From: Candidatus Latescibacterota bacterium | GTDB lineage: Bacteria > Latescibacterota > UBA2968 | Length of the DNA stretch: 64,000 nt | Reading direction: 5' to 3' | Assembly: GCA_965208125.1 (NCBI GenBank) | Contig: OZ242320.1 | Location: 4,032,001-4,096,000, forward strand | In this document: piece after piece, positions 29,782 to 39,849 of the stretch | Layout of the letters: every line of letters starts with the position of its first letter | Position numbering within the stretch: the first letter of the stretch is position 1 | Notes under the pieces: generated by a model | What the model was told of the DNA's origin: nothing | The model's database searches: none | Seen by the model: the letters and a program-made list of their open reading frames with translations, nothing else | Program-made: the position numbers and the translations under genes

Positions 29782-31977
29782 ATGATTGGACCGCGGTTGG
29801 GTGATGAAGCGTTTTTTGAGGCGCTCGATTTGTCGCGTGAGGATATGAGAGATGTGAAAAGGGCGGTGGAAATGCGAGATTGGACAGGGGCGCGGCGTGC
29901 GTTCGCAGAACACATTCGCACGCGTGAATATCCAAAGTGGTTTTCAGATTGGCGAAACCGGTCAGAGCCACAAGACCGGGATGCAGAGGTCGAACTGGTG
30001 CGCGTGGGAGATCGCGCGATCAGAGATGTTGATCTCGAAAAAGCCGATCACATTGTGGCAAATACGCTGATGAGTTGTGATGTGGAAGAGGTGTTTGGGG
30101 ATGTGATCAATTGGGAATTGGATCCGATCAATTACAGAGAATGGACGTGGCAGTTGTCTCGCCATCCGTTTTGGGTCACGCTGGGGCAGGCGTATTGGAA
30201 AACGGGCGATGAAAAATATGCCAGGGCATTCAGGCGACAGATGCGGCACTGGATTGAACATGTGCTGATGCCGGTGGGAGAGGATGGCAATACCTGGAAA
30301 GACGATGCAGAGATGGATACGGATCGCACAAATTGCTGGCGCACGATTGAATGTGGGATTCGGATGGGACAGACGTGGCCCTCGGCGTTTTACTATTTTC
30401 TTTCTTCTGAAACATTTGCTGATGACGATGTGTGTTTGATGGTGAAGAGTATGGTCGAACACGCGCGACATCTCACGCTATGGCCGCGCGGTGGCAACTG
30501 GCAGACGATGCAGGCCAATGGTCAATATCACGTTGGGGCGTTGTTTCCCGAGTTCAAAGAAGCCGCGAGCTGGCGTGAGATTGCAATGCAGTCGCTGTAT
30601 GAGGAATTGGATGAGCAGGTTTATCCCGATGGCGCACAGATTGAGTTGTCGAGCGGGTATCATCAGGTGAGTTTGCGAAATTTTGTGATGGCGCTCGCGA
30701 TTGCGCGGTTGAATGATTTGTCTCTGCCGGAGGATTATGTCGCAAAATTGGAGCGGATGTATCACTACGATCTGTATCTGGCTATGCCCAATTTGCGTTT
30801 GCCCGCGCTCAATGATGGCGGCCAGACGGATATTGTGCCCTATATGCAGGGTGGGTTCAGATTTTTTCCAGAACGGACGGATTTTCAATGGGCGGGGTCT
30901 GGGCGTGCTGAAGGAATAAAGCCGGAAACGCTGTCGTGCGCTTTTCCCTACGCGGGACATTTTGTCATGCGTTCGGGATGGGAACCGGATGATCTCTATC
31001 TCTTTTTTGACGGCGGTCCGTTTGGCTATGGGCATCAGCACGAAGATAAGTTGAATATCATGCTGTACGCACACGGTCGCGTGCATGTGGTGGATCCAGG
31101 GAATTATCCTTATGATTCGTCGCAGTGGCGCGCTTATGTGCTGTCAACCCGCGCGCACAATACGGTTATGGTGGATGGGATGGAGCAGAATCAGCGTGGG
31201 AAATCGCGAGAGGAATACGTGGTGTCCGAGCCGCTGCCGCATACGTGGATTTCAAATGAGAAATGCGATTATGCGTCGGCGAGTTACGATTTGGGATATG
31301 GGCCTGAGCGGGATCAGATGGTTACACATACGCGGTCGATTTTGTTTGTGAAACCCGAGTTCTGGATAGTAACAGATATTCTCATGCCCTCGGATGAGGC
31401 GTCTCATATGTATGAAGCGATGTTTCATCTGGATGCAGATGATGCCGAGGTGCTGGCGAATGGGCGCGGTGTTATAACGAAAAATAGCGCGGGAGAGAGC
31501 AATCTGGGCATTTATGCCATTTCGACAAAGCCGATAGATGTGCGGATTGTAAGTGGACAGGAAGAGCCGACTGTGCAGGGTTGGATTCCACGAGGGGGAC
31601 CCTATCAGTGCGAACCCATTCCAACGGCAATTTTCAAAGCAGAAGGTGATGGCCCCACGCTGATGTCCTACATTTTATATCCCGTAAAAGCGGGTGAAGG
31701 ATCTCCTGTAGCACATGTGGAATACATTCCCGCTGTGGGAGACAATGGACGAGTTGCGATTGCCGGGCGGGTTGCATTGCGCGATGGCAGGGAGATTTAT
31801 TTTGTGCAATCAGAAGCGGGCGAAGGGTGGATACGCGTTGCTGATGGGGAAACCGATGCCGAAGCGGGCGCGATGGAATTGGTCGATGGATGGGTGAATA
31901 AAATAGCTCTCGCAAATGGACAAACAGTGCGGGTATATGGACAGGAGATTCGGGAGGGGCACGGTGTAAGTTTATAA
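29782..31977 (+). CDS. Heparinase II/III family polysaccharide lyase
   Basis: QVYPDGAQIELSSGYH, MRSGW, HQHEDKL, DPGNY, AHNTV; no signal peptide. Confidence 0.88.
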   Translation: MIGPRLGDEAFFEALDLSREDMRDVKRAVEMRDWTGARRAFAEHIRTREYPKWFSDWRNRSEPQDRDAEVELVRVGDRAIRDVDLEKADHIVANTLMSCDVEEVFGDVINWELDPINYREWTWQLSRHPFWVTLGQAYWKTGDEKYARAFRRQMRHWIEHVLMPVGEDGNTWKDDAEMDTDRTNCWRTIECGIRMGQTWPSAFYYFLSSETFADDDVCLMVKSMVEHARHLTLWPRGGNWQTMQANGQYHVGALFPEFKEAASWREIAMQSLYEELDEQVYPDGAQIELSSGYHQVSLRNFVMALAIARLNDLSLPEDYVAKLERMYHYDLYLAMPNLRLPALNDGGQTDIVPYMQGGFRFFPERTDFQWAGSGRAEGIKPETLSCAFPYAGHFVMRSGWEPDDLYLFFDGGPFGYGHQHEDKLNIMLYAHGRVHVVDPGNYPYDSSQWRAYVLSTRAHNTVMVDGMEQNQRGKSREEYVVSEPLPHTWISNEKCDYASASYDLGYGPERDQMVTHTRSILFVKPEFWIVTDILMPSDEASHMYEAMFHLDADDAEVLANGRGVITKNSAGESNLGIYAISTKPIDVRIVSGQEEPTVQGWIPRGGPYQCEPIPTAIFKAEGDGPTLMSYILYPVKAGEGSPVAHVEYIPAVGDNGRVAIAGRVALRDGREIYFVQSEAGEGWIRVADGETDAEAGAMELVDGWVNKIALANGQTVRVYGQEIREGHGVSL

Positions 31978-32071
31978 CTGTTTGATGTCGATGCCGCCGT
32001 TATCCGTTGTTGTTCGAAGAGTACGATCATTTGAAGGTTGTGGTATTGAATTCGCCCAGAGAAATGCACCA

Positions 32072-34039
32072 GTGGCTACGAGAGACTTTTCCAGAGGAAT
32101 AGAGGTTGGCCGTCAGCGGCATATCATGACGCCAAAAGCATTGACGGTTGGGGTTCTGGTCGTTGTTGCGGTGAATCTGTTGGCTCCGTTTTCCGAGTGG
32201 ATTGTGCGATCTACGCTTTTGACGACCAATTATTTTCCGCTGGGGTTGGCGGCGTTGTTCATTTTTGTGGTTGTGGTTTTAAACCCGGTTTTGAAGGCAG
32301 TGAAGCGCGAGGGGGGATTGACGGGTGATGAATTGGGCGTGGTCTATACGATGCTTTTGGCGGCGGTATCGGTGCCGACTTATGGGGTGACAGGTTATGT
32401 GATTTCCGTGTCGGCTTCGCCTTTTTATTTTGCGACAACGGAAAATGGTTGGGGCGAATTTATACACGACCATGTGCCCCTGTGGGCTGTGCCCGGAGGT
32501 GGGCGCGCAGTGGCGTGGTTTTTTGAGGGGTTGCCGCCGGGCGCGAAAATCCCGTGGGAAGTGTGGATCATGCCGCTGTTCTGGTGGGGATCGGTGATTG
32601 TCGCGACACTGACGCTTTGCACTTGTCTCATTGCGGTGTTTCGCAAGCAGTGGGTAGATAAAGAGCGGTTGAATTTTCCTCTGGTTGATGTGCCGCTGGC
32701 GATGATGGATGGCGCCGAAGATGGTCGAATTTTGCCAAAATTTATGCGTAGCCGATTGTTCTGGATCGGTTTTGCCATTGCCGCAGGCAAAATTGCGTGG
32801 AATGTGCCGGGTTATTTTTTTGAAGCCTGGCCGAGTATTCCAGCTATTCGATTGAGTATTCCAGGCGGACAGGTCTGGCCGGGTATTTCGTCAAATTTCT
32901 CGCTACCTCTGGTGGGGATTACGTATTTTGTCAATGTGGATGTGATTTTCAGTGTGTGGTTTTTCAATTTGTTTAATATGGCTGAGATCGCGCTGTTTAA
33001 TCGCACGGGATTTACCATTGGCACGTCAGAGGTTTATTCTGTGAGTCCTGCGGCGTTGGGATGGCAGGGATTCGGAGCGTTTGTGGCGATTGTGCTGGGC
33101 GGTATTTGGGTTGCACGCGAACATTTGCGCGGGGTGTGGCGAACCGCGTTGGGAAAGGAGAATGGCGTTTTAGATCGCGATGAGATCATGGGATATCGCA
33201 CAGCGCTGATAGGGATTGCGCTCGGGGTTGTGTACATTCTTTTGTGGTTGACGCGCATTGGCATCCATCCCGGCGTGGCTTTGCTGCTTCTCTTTGCGGT
33301 TATTACGCTTTATCTGGGTCTGACGCGCATTGTCATTGAAGGCGGACTGGTTTTTGTGCGGGGACCTCTCGTGCCGCAGGCTTATGCGATGCATTTAATT
33401 GGACCGGCAGATTTGACGGGTTCAACGATGACGGGTCTGGGGCTGTCGTACGGGTGGGCGTGCGATCCCATTGCCACATTTATGCCTTTTGGCGCGAATG
33501 CCGCGCGCGTACACAGCGAGCGTCGATTTCCTCAGGGTGTTTATCTCACCGCGGTTGGATTAGCACTGGGTATCAGTCTGATCGTGTCTTTTTATTTTTC
33601 GCTCAAGCTGGCGTATGCTTCGGGTGCGTACAATTTTGGCGAGTGGGTCTTTCGCCGCGGTGGGCAGGTGCCTTATGATACGGTTGTGGCTAAAATTAAG
33701 GCAGCAGAGACGCTCAAATTTGGTCATTTTGCGTTTTTGGGTATTGGCGCACTTGTGACGGTTTTGCTGACGTATTTGCGCCATCGGTTCGCATGGTGGC
33801 GCTTGCATCCTATCGGGTTTTCAATTGCTTCTGTGGGACAAGTACGCTGGACTCTGTTGTCGCTATTTGTCACCTGGGCGATTAAAACACTTTTGATTCG
33901 CTTTGGCGGTTTGATGCTTTACAATGGCGCAAAGCCCTTTTTTGTCGGTCTGGTCGTGGGGCACTTTTCCGGTGCAGGCGTGTCGTTCATTATCGATGCG
34001 TTGTGGTTTCGCGGACATGGACACAGTTTGTATTTTTGA
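32072..34039 (+). CDS. Polytopic membrane protein, DUF6785/DUF6784-like (putative transporter)
   Basis: Many hydrophobic segments; RKQW...ERLNFPL and C-terminal WWRLHPIGF...RFGG..Y...PFF.GL; start codon uncertain. Confidence 0.75.
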   Translation: MATRDFSRGIEVGRQRHIMTPKALTVGVLVVVAVNLLAPFSEWIVRSTLLTTNYFPLGLAALFIFVVVVLNPVLKAVKREGGLTGDELGVVYTMLLAAVSVPTYGVTGYVISVSASPFYFATTENGWGEFIHDHVPLWAVPGGGRAVAWFFEGLPPGAKIPWEVWIMPLFWWGSVIVATLTLCTCLIAVFRKQWVDKERLNFPLVDVPLAMMDGAEDGRILPKFMRSRLFWIGFAIAAGKIAWNVPGYFFEAWPSIPAIRLSIPGGQVWPGISSNFSLPLVGITYFVNVDVIFSVWFFNLFNMAEIALFNRTGFTIGTSEVYSVSPAALGWQGFGAFVAIVLGGIWVAREHLRGVWRTALGKENGVLDRDEIMGYRTALIGIALGVVYILLWLTRIGIHPGVALLLLFAVITLYLGLTRIVIEGGLVFVRGPLVPQAYAMHLIGPADLTGSTMTGLGLSYGWACDPIATFMPFGANAARVHSERRFPQGVYLTAVGLALGISLIVSFYFSLKLAYASGAYNFGEWVFRRGGQVPYDTVVAKIKAAETLKFGHFAFLGIGALVTVLLTYLRHRFAWWRLHPIGFSIASVGQVRWTLLSLFVTWAIKTLLIRFGGLMLYNGAKPFFVGLVVGHFSGAGVSFIIDALWFRGHGHSLYF

Positions 34040-34053
34040 ATAGGAGGTTTGTG

Positions 34054-35478
34054 ATGAATGTGATTTGTATTTGTCTGGATACATTTCGCGCTGATATAGT
34101 CGGTCCGAATCAGAAGCTGAGTTTTGTCGAGACGCCGAATATGGATGCGTTGGCGGCAGAATCTGTGATGTTTGAGCGGGCTTTCGGGGAATGCCAGCCG
34201 ACATTGCAGACGCGGCGGGGTTTGTTTACGGGGCGACGCACTTTTCCTTGGCGGTACAATTTTGATCGGCGCGGACACTGGCATCACGCGCCCGGCTGGC
34301 ATAAAATTCCGCCGGAACAAGATACGCTTGCTGAGATTCTGGTAGCAAATGGGTATATGACCGGGTTGGTCGCCGATACGTATCACATGTTTAAGCCGAC
34401 GATGAATTATACGCGCGGATTTGTGACGTATGATTTTATTCGCGGACAGGAGAGCGACAACTGGCGGTTTGGCACGCGGGAATCAATTGAGGATTTATTG
34501 CGCCCGCATGTGCGTGAACCGATCAACTGGGATCGGCATGTCGGATTGATGCAGTACACGTTCAATCAGAAGTTTCGGCAATGCGAAGAGGATTACAGTT
34601 GTGCGCGTGTGTTTCGGCGCGCGGCGGATTGGCTGAGCGAAAATGCACGCAATGCGCCGTTTTTCCTGTGGGTCGATTCCTTTGATCCGCACGAACCATG
34701 GGATCCGCCGAGGGAATATGCAGATCGGTATATGCCCGATTGGGACGGAAAGGATTTTATTACACCTGGGGCTGGAAATGAAGGCGGTGGGGTGAGCGAT
34801 GCGGAGAGAGAACGGATCAAGGTGCTTTATTTTGGCGAGGTCACGCTGGTGGATCGCTGGGTGGGGCACTTGCTGGATCGGGTTGATGATCTGGGTTTGA
34901 AAGGCGATACGATTGTGATGTTGATGTCAGATCACGGCACGCAGGTACTGGATCACGGGCAATTTGGCAAAGGACCAGATCGCCTGCATCCGTATAACAC
35001 GCGATTGAACTGGATGGTGCGGCATCCCGATGTGTGCAAGCGCGTTTCGGGTTTTGTTCAGGCGCACGATTTGTTGCCCACTGTGTTGGGCTTGCTGGAT
35101 ATTCCCTGCCAGGCGGTGGATGGGACAGATGTCTGGCCGCTGGTGACGGGAGAGGTAGATGCAGTGCGGGATCACGTTGTAATTGGCTGGGCTGCTTTTT
35201 CTAATGGGCCAGCCACGGGCAGGGTATCGGTGCGCGATGATCGGTGGAATTATACGGTGAGTTTGAATGATGTGAACAATGAAGAACTCTTTGACCTTGT
35301 TGCCGATCCCGATGAGAATACCAATGTCGCCGCAGATCACCCCGATGTGGTGGCTTTGCAAAGATCGCGCATCCAGGCGGTGATTCACCAACCTCTGCCC
35401 GCTACGTTTAACGAAGTGTGTGACAACGCGCCAGCACCGAGTGCCCTGTTTGTGCAGGGGAGAAAAAGAATGGGTTAA
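34054..35478 (+). CDS. Sulfatase/alkaline-phosphatase superfamily hydrolase with Thr at the nucleophile position
   Basis: [32 protein letters not shown]. Confidence 0.85.
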   Translation: MNVICICLDTFRADIVGPNQKLSFVETPNMDALAAESVMFERAFGECQPTLQTRRGLFTGRRTFPWRYNFDRRGHWHHAPGWHKIPPEQDTLAEILVANGYMTGLVADTYHMFKPTMNYTRGFVTYDFIRGQESDNWRFGTRESIEDLLRPHVREPINWDRHVGLMQYTFNQKFRQCEEDYSCARVFRRAADWLSENARNAPFFLWVDSFDPHEPWDPPREYADRYMPDWDGKDFITPGAGNEGGGVSDAERERIKVLYFGEVTLVDRWVGHLLDRVDDLGLKGDTIVMLMSDHGTQVLDHGQFGKGPDRLHPYNTRLNWMVRHPDVCKRVSGFVQAHDLLPTVLGLLDIPCQAVDGTDVWPLVTGEVDAVRDHVVIGWAAFSNGPATGRVSVRDDRWNYTVSLNDVNNEELFDLVADPDENTNVAADHPDVVALQRSRIQAVIHQPLPATFNEVCDNAPAPSALFVQGRKRMG

Positions 35479-36146
35479 ACCACCACGGGGTCGCTATTTT
35501 TTGCGGCTTGCCAGGCACGCCAGTCGCTGAGGAAGCGTTCCAGACCGATGTCGGTTAGGGGATGTGCGAGTAACTTGCTCAATACATCGGGCGGAAGGGT
35601 CGCAACATCTGCGCCAGCGAGGGCGCATTCGACGACGTGTTTGGGCGAGCGCAAACTCGCGGCCAGCACCTGGGTTTTAAATCCATAATTGTCGTAAATC
35701 TGTCGGACTGTGCTGATCAATTCCATGCCGTCTTGTCCCAAATCATCCAGGCGGCCGATGAATGGGCTGATATAAGTCGCGCCTGCTTTAGCGGCCATCA
35801 GTGCCTGATTTGCAGAGAAGCACAGCGTTACATTTACGCGAATCCCTTCGTCCGAGCACGTTTTGATCGCTTTTAGACCGTCCGGCGTAATCGGAATTTT
35901 CACCACGACCTGTTCGTGGATCGCGGCATTTCGGCGCGCTTCGGCGATCATGCCTTCGGTGTCGGTGCTGACCACTTCTGCACTTACCGGTCCATCTACA
36001 ATTCCGCAGATTGCGCGAATGATGTCTTCAAATTCTCCCTCTTCCTGCGACATAAGAGAAGGATTTGTCGTCACGCCATCCAGCACACCCATAGCCTGGG
36101 CTTCGCGGATTTCGTCTAAATTGGCTGTGTCGATAAAGAACTTCAT
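35475..36146 (-). CDS. tal: Transaldolase (TalC/Fsa-type short form)
   Basis: [30 protein letters not shown] (Phe variant). Confidence 0.92.
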   Translation of the reverse strand: MKFFIDTANLDEIREAQAMGVLDGVTTNPSLMSQEEGEFEDIIRAICGIVDGPVSAEVVSTDTEGMIAEARRNAAIHEQVVVKIPITPDGLKAIKTCSDEGIRVNVTLCFSANQALMAAKAGATYISPFIGRLDDLGQDGMELISTVRQIYDNYGFKTQVLAASLRSPKHVVECALAGADVATLPPDVLSKLLAHPLTDIGLERFLSDWRAWQAAKNSDPVVV

Positions 36147-36159
36147 GTATGCCTCCTTT

Positions 36160-37206
36160 TTAAAATACGCGCTCGACCAAAAATGAACACATTTCTCTGA
36201 GTACTTCTCTCGATTCTGATGGGGGCAACTGGGCGAGGCGTGCTTCGGCAGATTCGGCGCGGGTTTGGCAAGCCCGATGCGCTTTTTCAATTGCGCCATA
36301 TCTTCCCATCAATTCAATTACCCACTCGACTTCTTCCTGCGATGTTGCATCTCGATCTCGGTCCAGAATTTCGCGCACTTTTTGGTTTTCCTCTGGCGTA
36401 CAGTGGTTGAGCAAATCGATGACCATCAAGGTGCGCTTGCCCTCGGCGATATCTCCGCCGCGCTCTTTGCCATAACCCCCGGATGTAGTTGTAGGTGCTA
36501 ATGTTGCGTCGGTATCTTCAACGACGATATTGAGCAAGTCATCGCGAATTTGAAATGCAACAGCTATGGCCTCGCCAAAATCGCCAATCGTCTGTTTCAT
36601 GTCATTGCCAGCACCCGCAATAATCGCGCCCATAGTACAGGGTCCGCGACCGCTATACCATCCCGTTTTGCGCCGCAGCATGTCAACAAAGTCGCGTACA
36701 TCGGGAATGACTTCGGACTCGATCCAACCGATATCCAATGCCTGTCCTTCAAATGTTATTTGCGCGCCCTGGATCATTTCACAAAGCAAATCGAGCGTTG
36801 TTGTTTCTCCTAAAATTTCGCGATTTGCCTGCAATATTTCAAATACTTTTGAATAAAGCGCGTCGCCCACGTTAATGCTTAGTGGAGTCCCGTGTATCAG
36901 ATGCAGACACGGTTTGCCGCGCCGCATCAAAGAGGCATCTTCTATATCGTCGTGTACCAGGGCAAAGGACTGAAATAACTCAAAAGCAGCAGCCGTTCGC
37001 AAACCCACGTTGGGATCACCGCCAAATGCTTCAATGCTCAGCAACACCAGTGCCGATCTGAACCGCTTGCCGCCGCGTTGGGGATAATCGCGCATAGGTG
37101 CGTACAAAAAATCAATTGGATCTTTATCTTCTGGCAAGAACTGATACATTTCCTCGTCGATACGAGGCACCCAGGTTTCCAAATAGTTTTTTAATCGCGT
37201 TTCCAT
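36160..37206 (-). CDS. Polyprenyl diphosphate synthase
   Basis: [36 protein letters not shown]. Confidence 0.92.
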   Translation of the reverse strand: METRLKNYLETWVPRIDEEMYQFLPEDKDPIDFLYAPMRDYPQRGGKRFRSALVLLSIEAFGGDPNVGLRTAAAFELFQSFALVHDDIEDASLMRRGKPCLHLIHGTPLSINVGDALYSKVFEILQANREILGETTTLDLLCEMIQGAQITFEGQALDIGWIESEVIPDVRDFVDMLRRKTGWYSGRGPCTMGAIIAGAGNDMKQTIGDFGEAIAVAFQIRDDLLNIVVEDTDATLAPTTTSGGYGKERGGDIAEGKRTLMVIDLLNHCTPEENQKVREILDRDRDATSQEEVEWVIELMGRYGAIEKAHRACQTRAESAEARLAQLPPSESREVLREMCSFLVERVF

Positions 37207-39651
37207 TTATTGCTTGAACTCCTTTACTTTTTTGCGAATTTTTGCCTCGACATTTGCCGATAGAGGCCGAACGGGAATTTTTTCATCGCTGTGAGTAGCA
37301 ACATCACCTGCGATGGATATTTCAAGACGCGGATGTTTGGGTACATAAGGTTCTTTTTCCAGCATGGCGTGTAACAAGACGAGGGCGGCTTCTTTGTCGG
37401 GAATCGTTCCTCTCGTATTGCCATCGTCGCCGGGTGGCAATGGCGCGCCTACACACGACGGGCACCCGGCTTCACATTCGCATTCCGACACGACCATCCA
37501 ACAGGCTGTTATGACGTCTTCGATCATCTCATAAGCTTTCTCCGAAAAACCAATGCCTCCCGGATGCCGGTCATATACAAATGCGGTTGGTCGCCCCGTA
37601 TTGGAGCTATCTACCGTTGTGCCAATATCCATGACATCGCACATCGCAAATAAGGGTAGCACTTCTCCCATTACATTGGCAATGCCTTTGAGTCCTTCAG
37701 ATGGCACGCGGCCATGTCGGCGACACTGATTTAGCCCTTCTTGAGGCGGTACGACCCAGCAGGCGGCTGTATCGAGCTTGCGCTCTGGCAAATCGAGATT
37801 TTCCCAGCCAATGCTGTCGCGGTCTTCGAATTTTACTTTCTTAAACATCGTTACCAGTGACGAGACTGAGACGTCGCCAAAATATACGTCACTGACGCGC
37901 CAGGTGCCCGATATTTCGGTATCCTTTACAACAATACTCGTCTCGTCAACTGCATGGGTATAATAGTCCAGTGCTTTTTGACTTACCCGTGCAATTTTGC
38001 GCTCTGTGTCGAGTTGATCGACAAAGTACGTCTGCCCATTGTGCAAATATATAGCGTGTGTATGTATCTGAAAAAACGCGCTAATTTCATCCAGGGAACC
38101 GATTACCTGAGGGTCGCCTTCTGTCTCGTCGATAATAGTATAAGTCGAATCGCTGATATTGCGTAGGCCGACCTCTGCCGCTGGATATCCCGATTGGCTG
38201 TAGAACCACTGCCCATTAAGCTGGCGCGCCATGCCTTCATCTGATAGAATCTCAAGCAGAGCACCTGTAAATTCTCCCATTACTTCGCCTTCTTCGCCCC
38301 GCACGGGCAATTCGCGCAAAGCACACCGCAGGTGTCCCACGACGAGATGCGGGTTGTTGGGGTCAATGGTCGCGTGTTCGGGCGATTGTCCGAAAAAGTA
38401 AGCCGGGTCTCGCATCAAAAATTGATCGATGGGGGCGTTGTGTGCCACAAAGACCACCAGCGACTCTTCGGACTGCCGCCCCGCACGCCCAGCTTGCTGC
38501 CACATACTGGAAATACTGCCCGGATATCCCACAATTAACGCGGCATCCAGATCTCCAATATCAATGCCTAATTCCAGGGCGTTGGTACTTACCACACCAA
38601 GCAATTCACCTTCAAATAATTGTCGTTCAATTTCTCGCCGTTCTGCGGGCAAATATCCGCCGCGATAAGCCCGAATCGCGCCTGCCAACCGCTGGTTCAC
38701 CAGCGATAAATCCTCTTGTACATAGCGATAGATCACTTCTGCGGATGTGCGCGCTCTCACAAAGGCAATGGTCTGCACTCTGTTGTGGATGAGTTTGCCG
38801 AGTAACCAGCGCGCTTCGGTATTTGAACTGCGCCGATCACTCGTGGTGCCTTCCAGGAAAGGCGGATTCCAGAATGCAAAATGGCGTTTGCCTCTCGGGG
38901 AGCCATCCCGGTCAATCAGGCACATCGGACGCCCGGTCAATGCTTCGGCGTGTTCTTTGGGATTTGCTATGGTCGCCGAGCAGCACACGAATTGCGGGGG
39001 CGTGCCATAGTGCGCGCAAATTCGCATCAGGCGGCGCAATACATTGGCTACATGCGAGCCAAAGACGCCCCGGTAAGTGTGTATTTCGTCGAGCACTACA
39101 TAGCGCAAATTCTGAAAAAAACGCGCCCAGCGCGGATGGTTGGGCAATACGCCCTGATGCAACATATCGGGATTGCTCAAGATCACCCGTCCCTCTTCGC
39201 GCAGTGTTTTGCGCTGGTTGGACGGCGTATCCCCGTCGTAAGTGCCCAGAGAAAATTTCAATTTTTCATTTAATTCGCCAAACCGCGCCAGCCCACGCGC
39301 CTGATCCTGTGCCAGGGCTTTGGTCGGAAAGAGATAGAGCGCAGTCGCCTGCGGGTCAGATAGCAGGGCTTCCAGTGTCGGTATCTGATAACACAGGGTT
39401 TTTCCACTCGCCGTTGCCGTTACGACTACTACGTCTTCCCCGCGCCTCAGGGCGGCCAGAGCATCGGCCTGATGCGTATAGAGCCGATCAATGTCCTGCT
39501 GTTTCAAAGCGTCGGAGATTGCGGGATGCAGCGCGCAGTCATCAGCGACGAATTTAGCTTCTTGCGCGGGTATGGTTTCTATATGGGCTACCTGACCGGC
39601 ATACCCATAGTCGCGGCGAACATGTGCGATAAATTGATCAAAATTCATCAT
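37207..39651 (-). CDS. MrfA/Hrq1-like DEAH helicase with DUF1998 Cys cluster
   Basis: TASGKT, DEIH, ALELGIDIG, QQAGRAGR, C...CECEAGCPSC. Confidence 0.9.
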   Translation of the reverse strand: MMNFDQFIAHVRRDYGYAGQVAHIETIPAQEAKFVADDCALHPAISDALKQQDIDRLYTHQADALAALRRGEDVVVVTATASGKTLCYQIPTLEALLSDPQATALYLFPTKALAQDQARGLARFGELNEKLKFSLGTYDGDTPSNQRKTLREEGRVILSNPDMLHQGVLPNHPRWARFFQNLRYVVLDEIHTYRGVFGSHVANVLRRLMRICAHYGTPPQFVCCSATIANPKEHAEALTGRPMCLIDRDGSPRGKRHFAFWNPPFLEGTTSDRRSSNTEARWLLGKLIHNRVQTIAFVRARTSAEVIYRYVQEDLSLVNQRLAGAIRAYRGGYLPAERREIERQLFEGELLGVVSTNALELGIDIGDLDAALIVGYPGSISSMWQQAGRAGRQSEESLVVFVAHNAPIDQFLMRDPAYFFGQSPEHATIDPNNPHLVVGHLRCALRELPVRGEEGEVMGEFTGALLEILSDEGMARQLNGQWFYSQSGYPAAEVGLRNISDSTYTIIDETEGDPQVIGSLDEISAFFQIHTHAIYLHNGQTYFVDQLDTERKIARVSQKALDYYTHAVDETSIVVKDTEISGTWRVSDVYFGDVSVSSLVTMFKKVKFEDRDSIGWENLDLPERKLDTAACWVVPPQEGLNQCRRHGRVPSEGLKGIANVMGEVLPLFAMCDVMDIGTTVDSSNTGRPTAFVYDRHPGGIGFSEKAYEMIEDVITACWMVVSECECEAGCPSCVGAPLPPGDDGNTRGTIPDKEAALVLLHAMLEKEPYVPKHPRLEISIAGDVATHSDEKIPVRPLSANVEAKIRKKVKEFKQ

Positions 39652-39727
39652 GCGGGAAGGACTTTTGAATTCCAAAGGGAGAGATAAAGAAAGTGAAAAA
39701 TAAAGAGGGAGGTGCGATAGCTATAGA

Positions 39728-39756
39728 AATATAGATGGAAGGTGAAAATGGGTCAA
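39728..39756 (-). promoter_or_regulatory. sigma70-like promoter for the helicase-prenyltransferase-tal operon
   Basis: Minus strand TTGACC-N17-TATATT. Confidence 0.5.
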
Positions 39757-39849
39757 CTTAAAAGAGGCGAACAGGAGGTGGGATTTACGTATTAGAGTAG
39801 GGATTTTTAGAAGGTGTGCCTGACAGTGTGCGAGGGTGAGTGCCAACAA

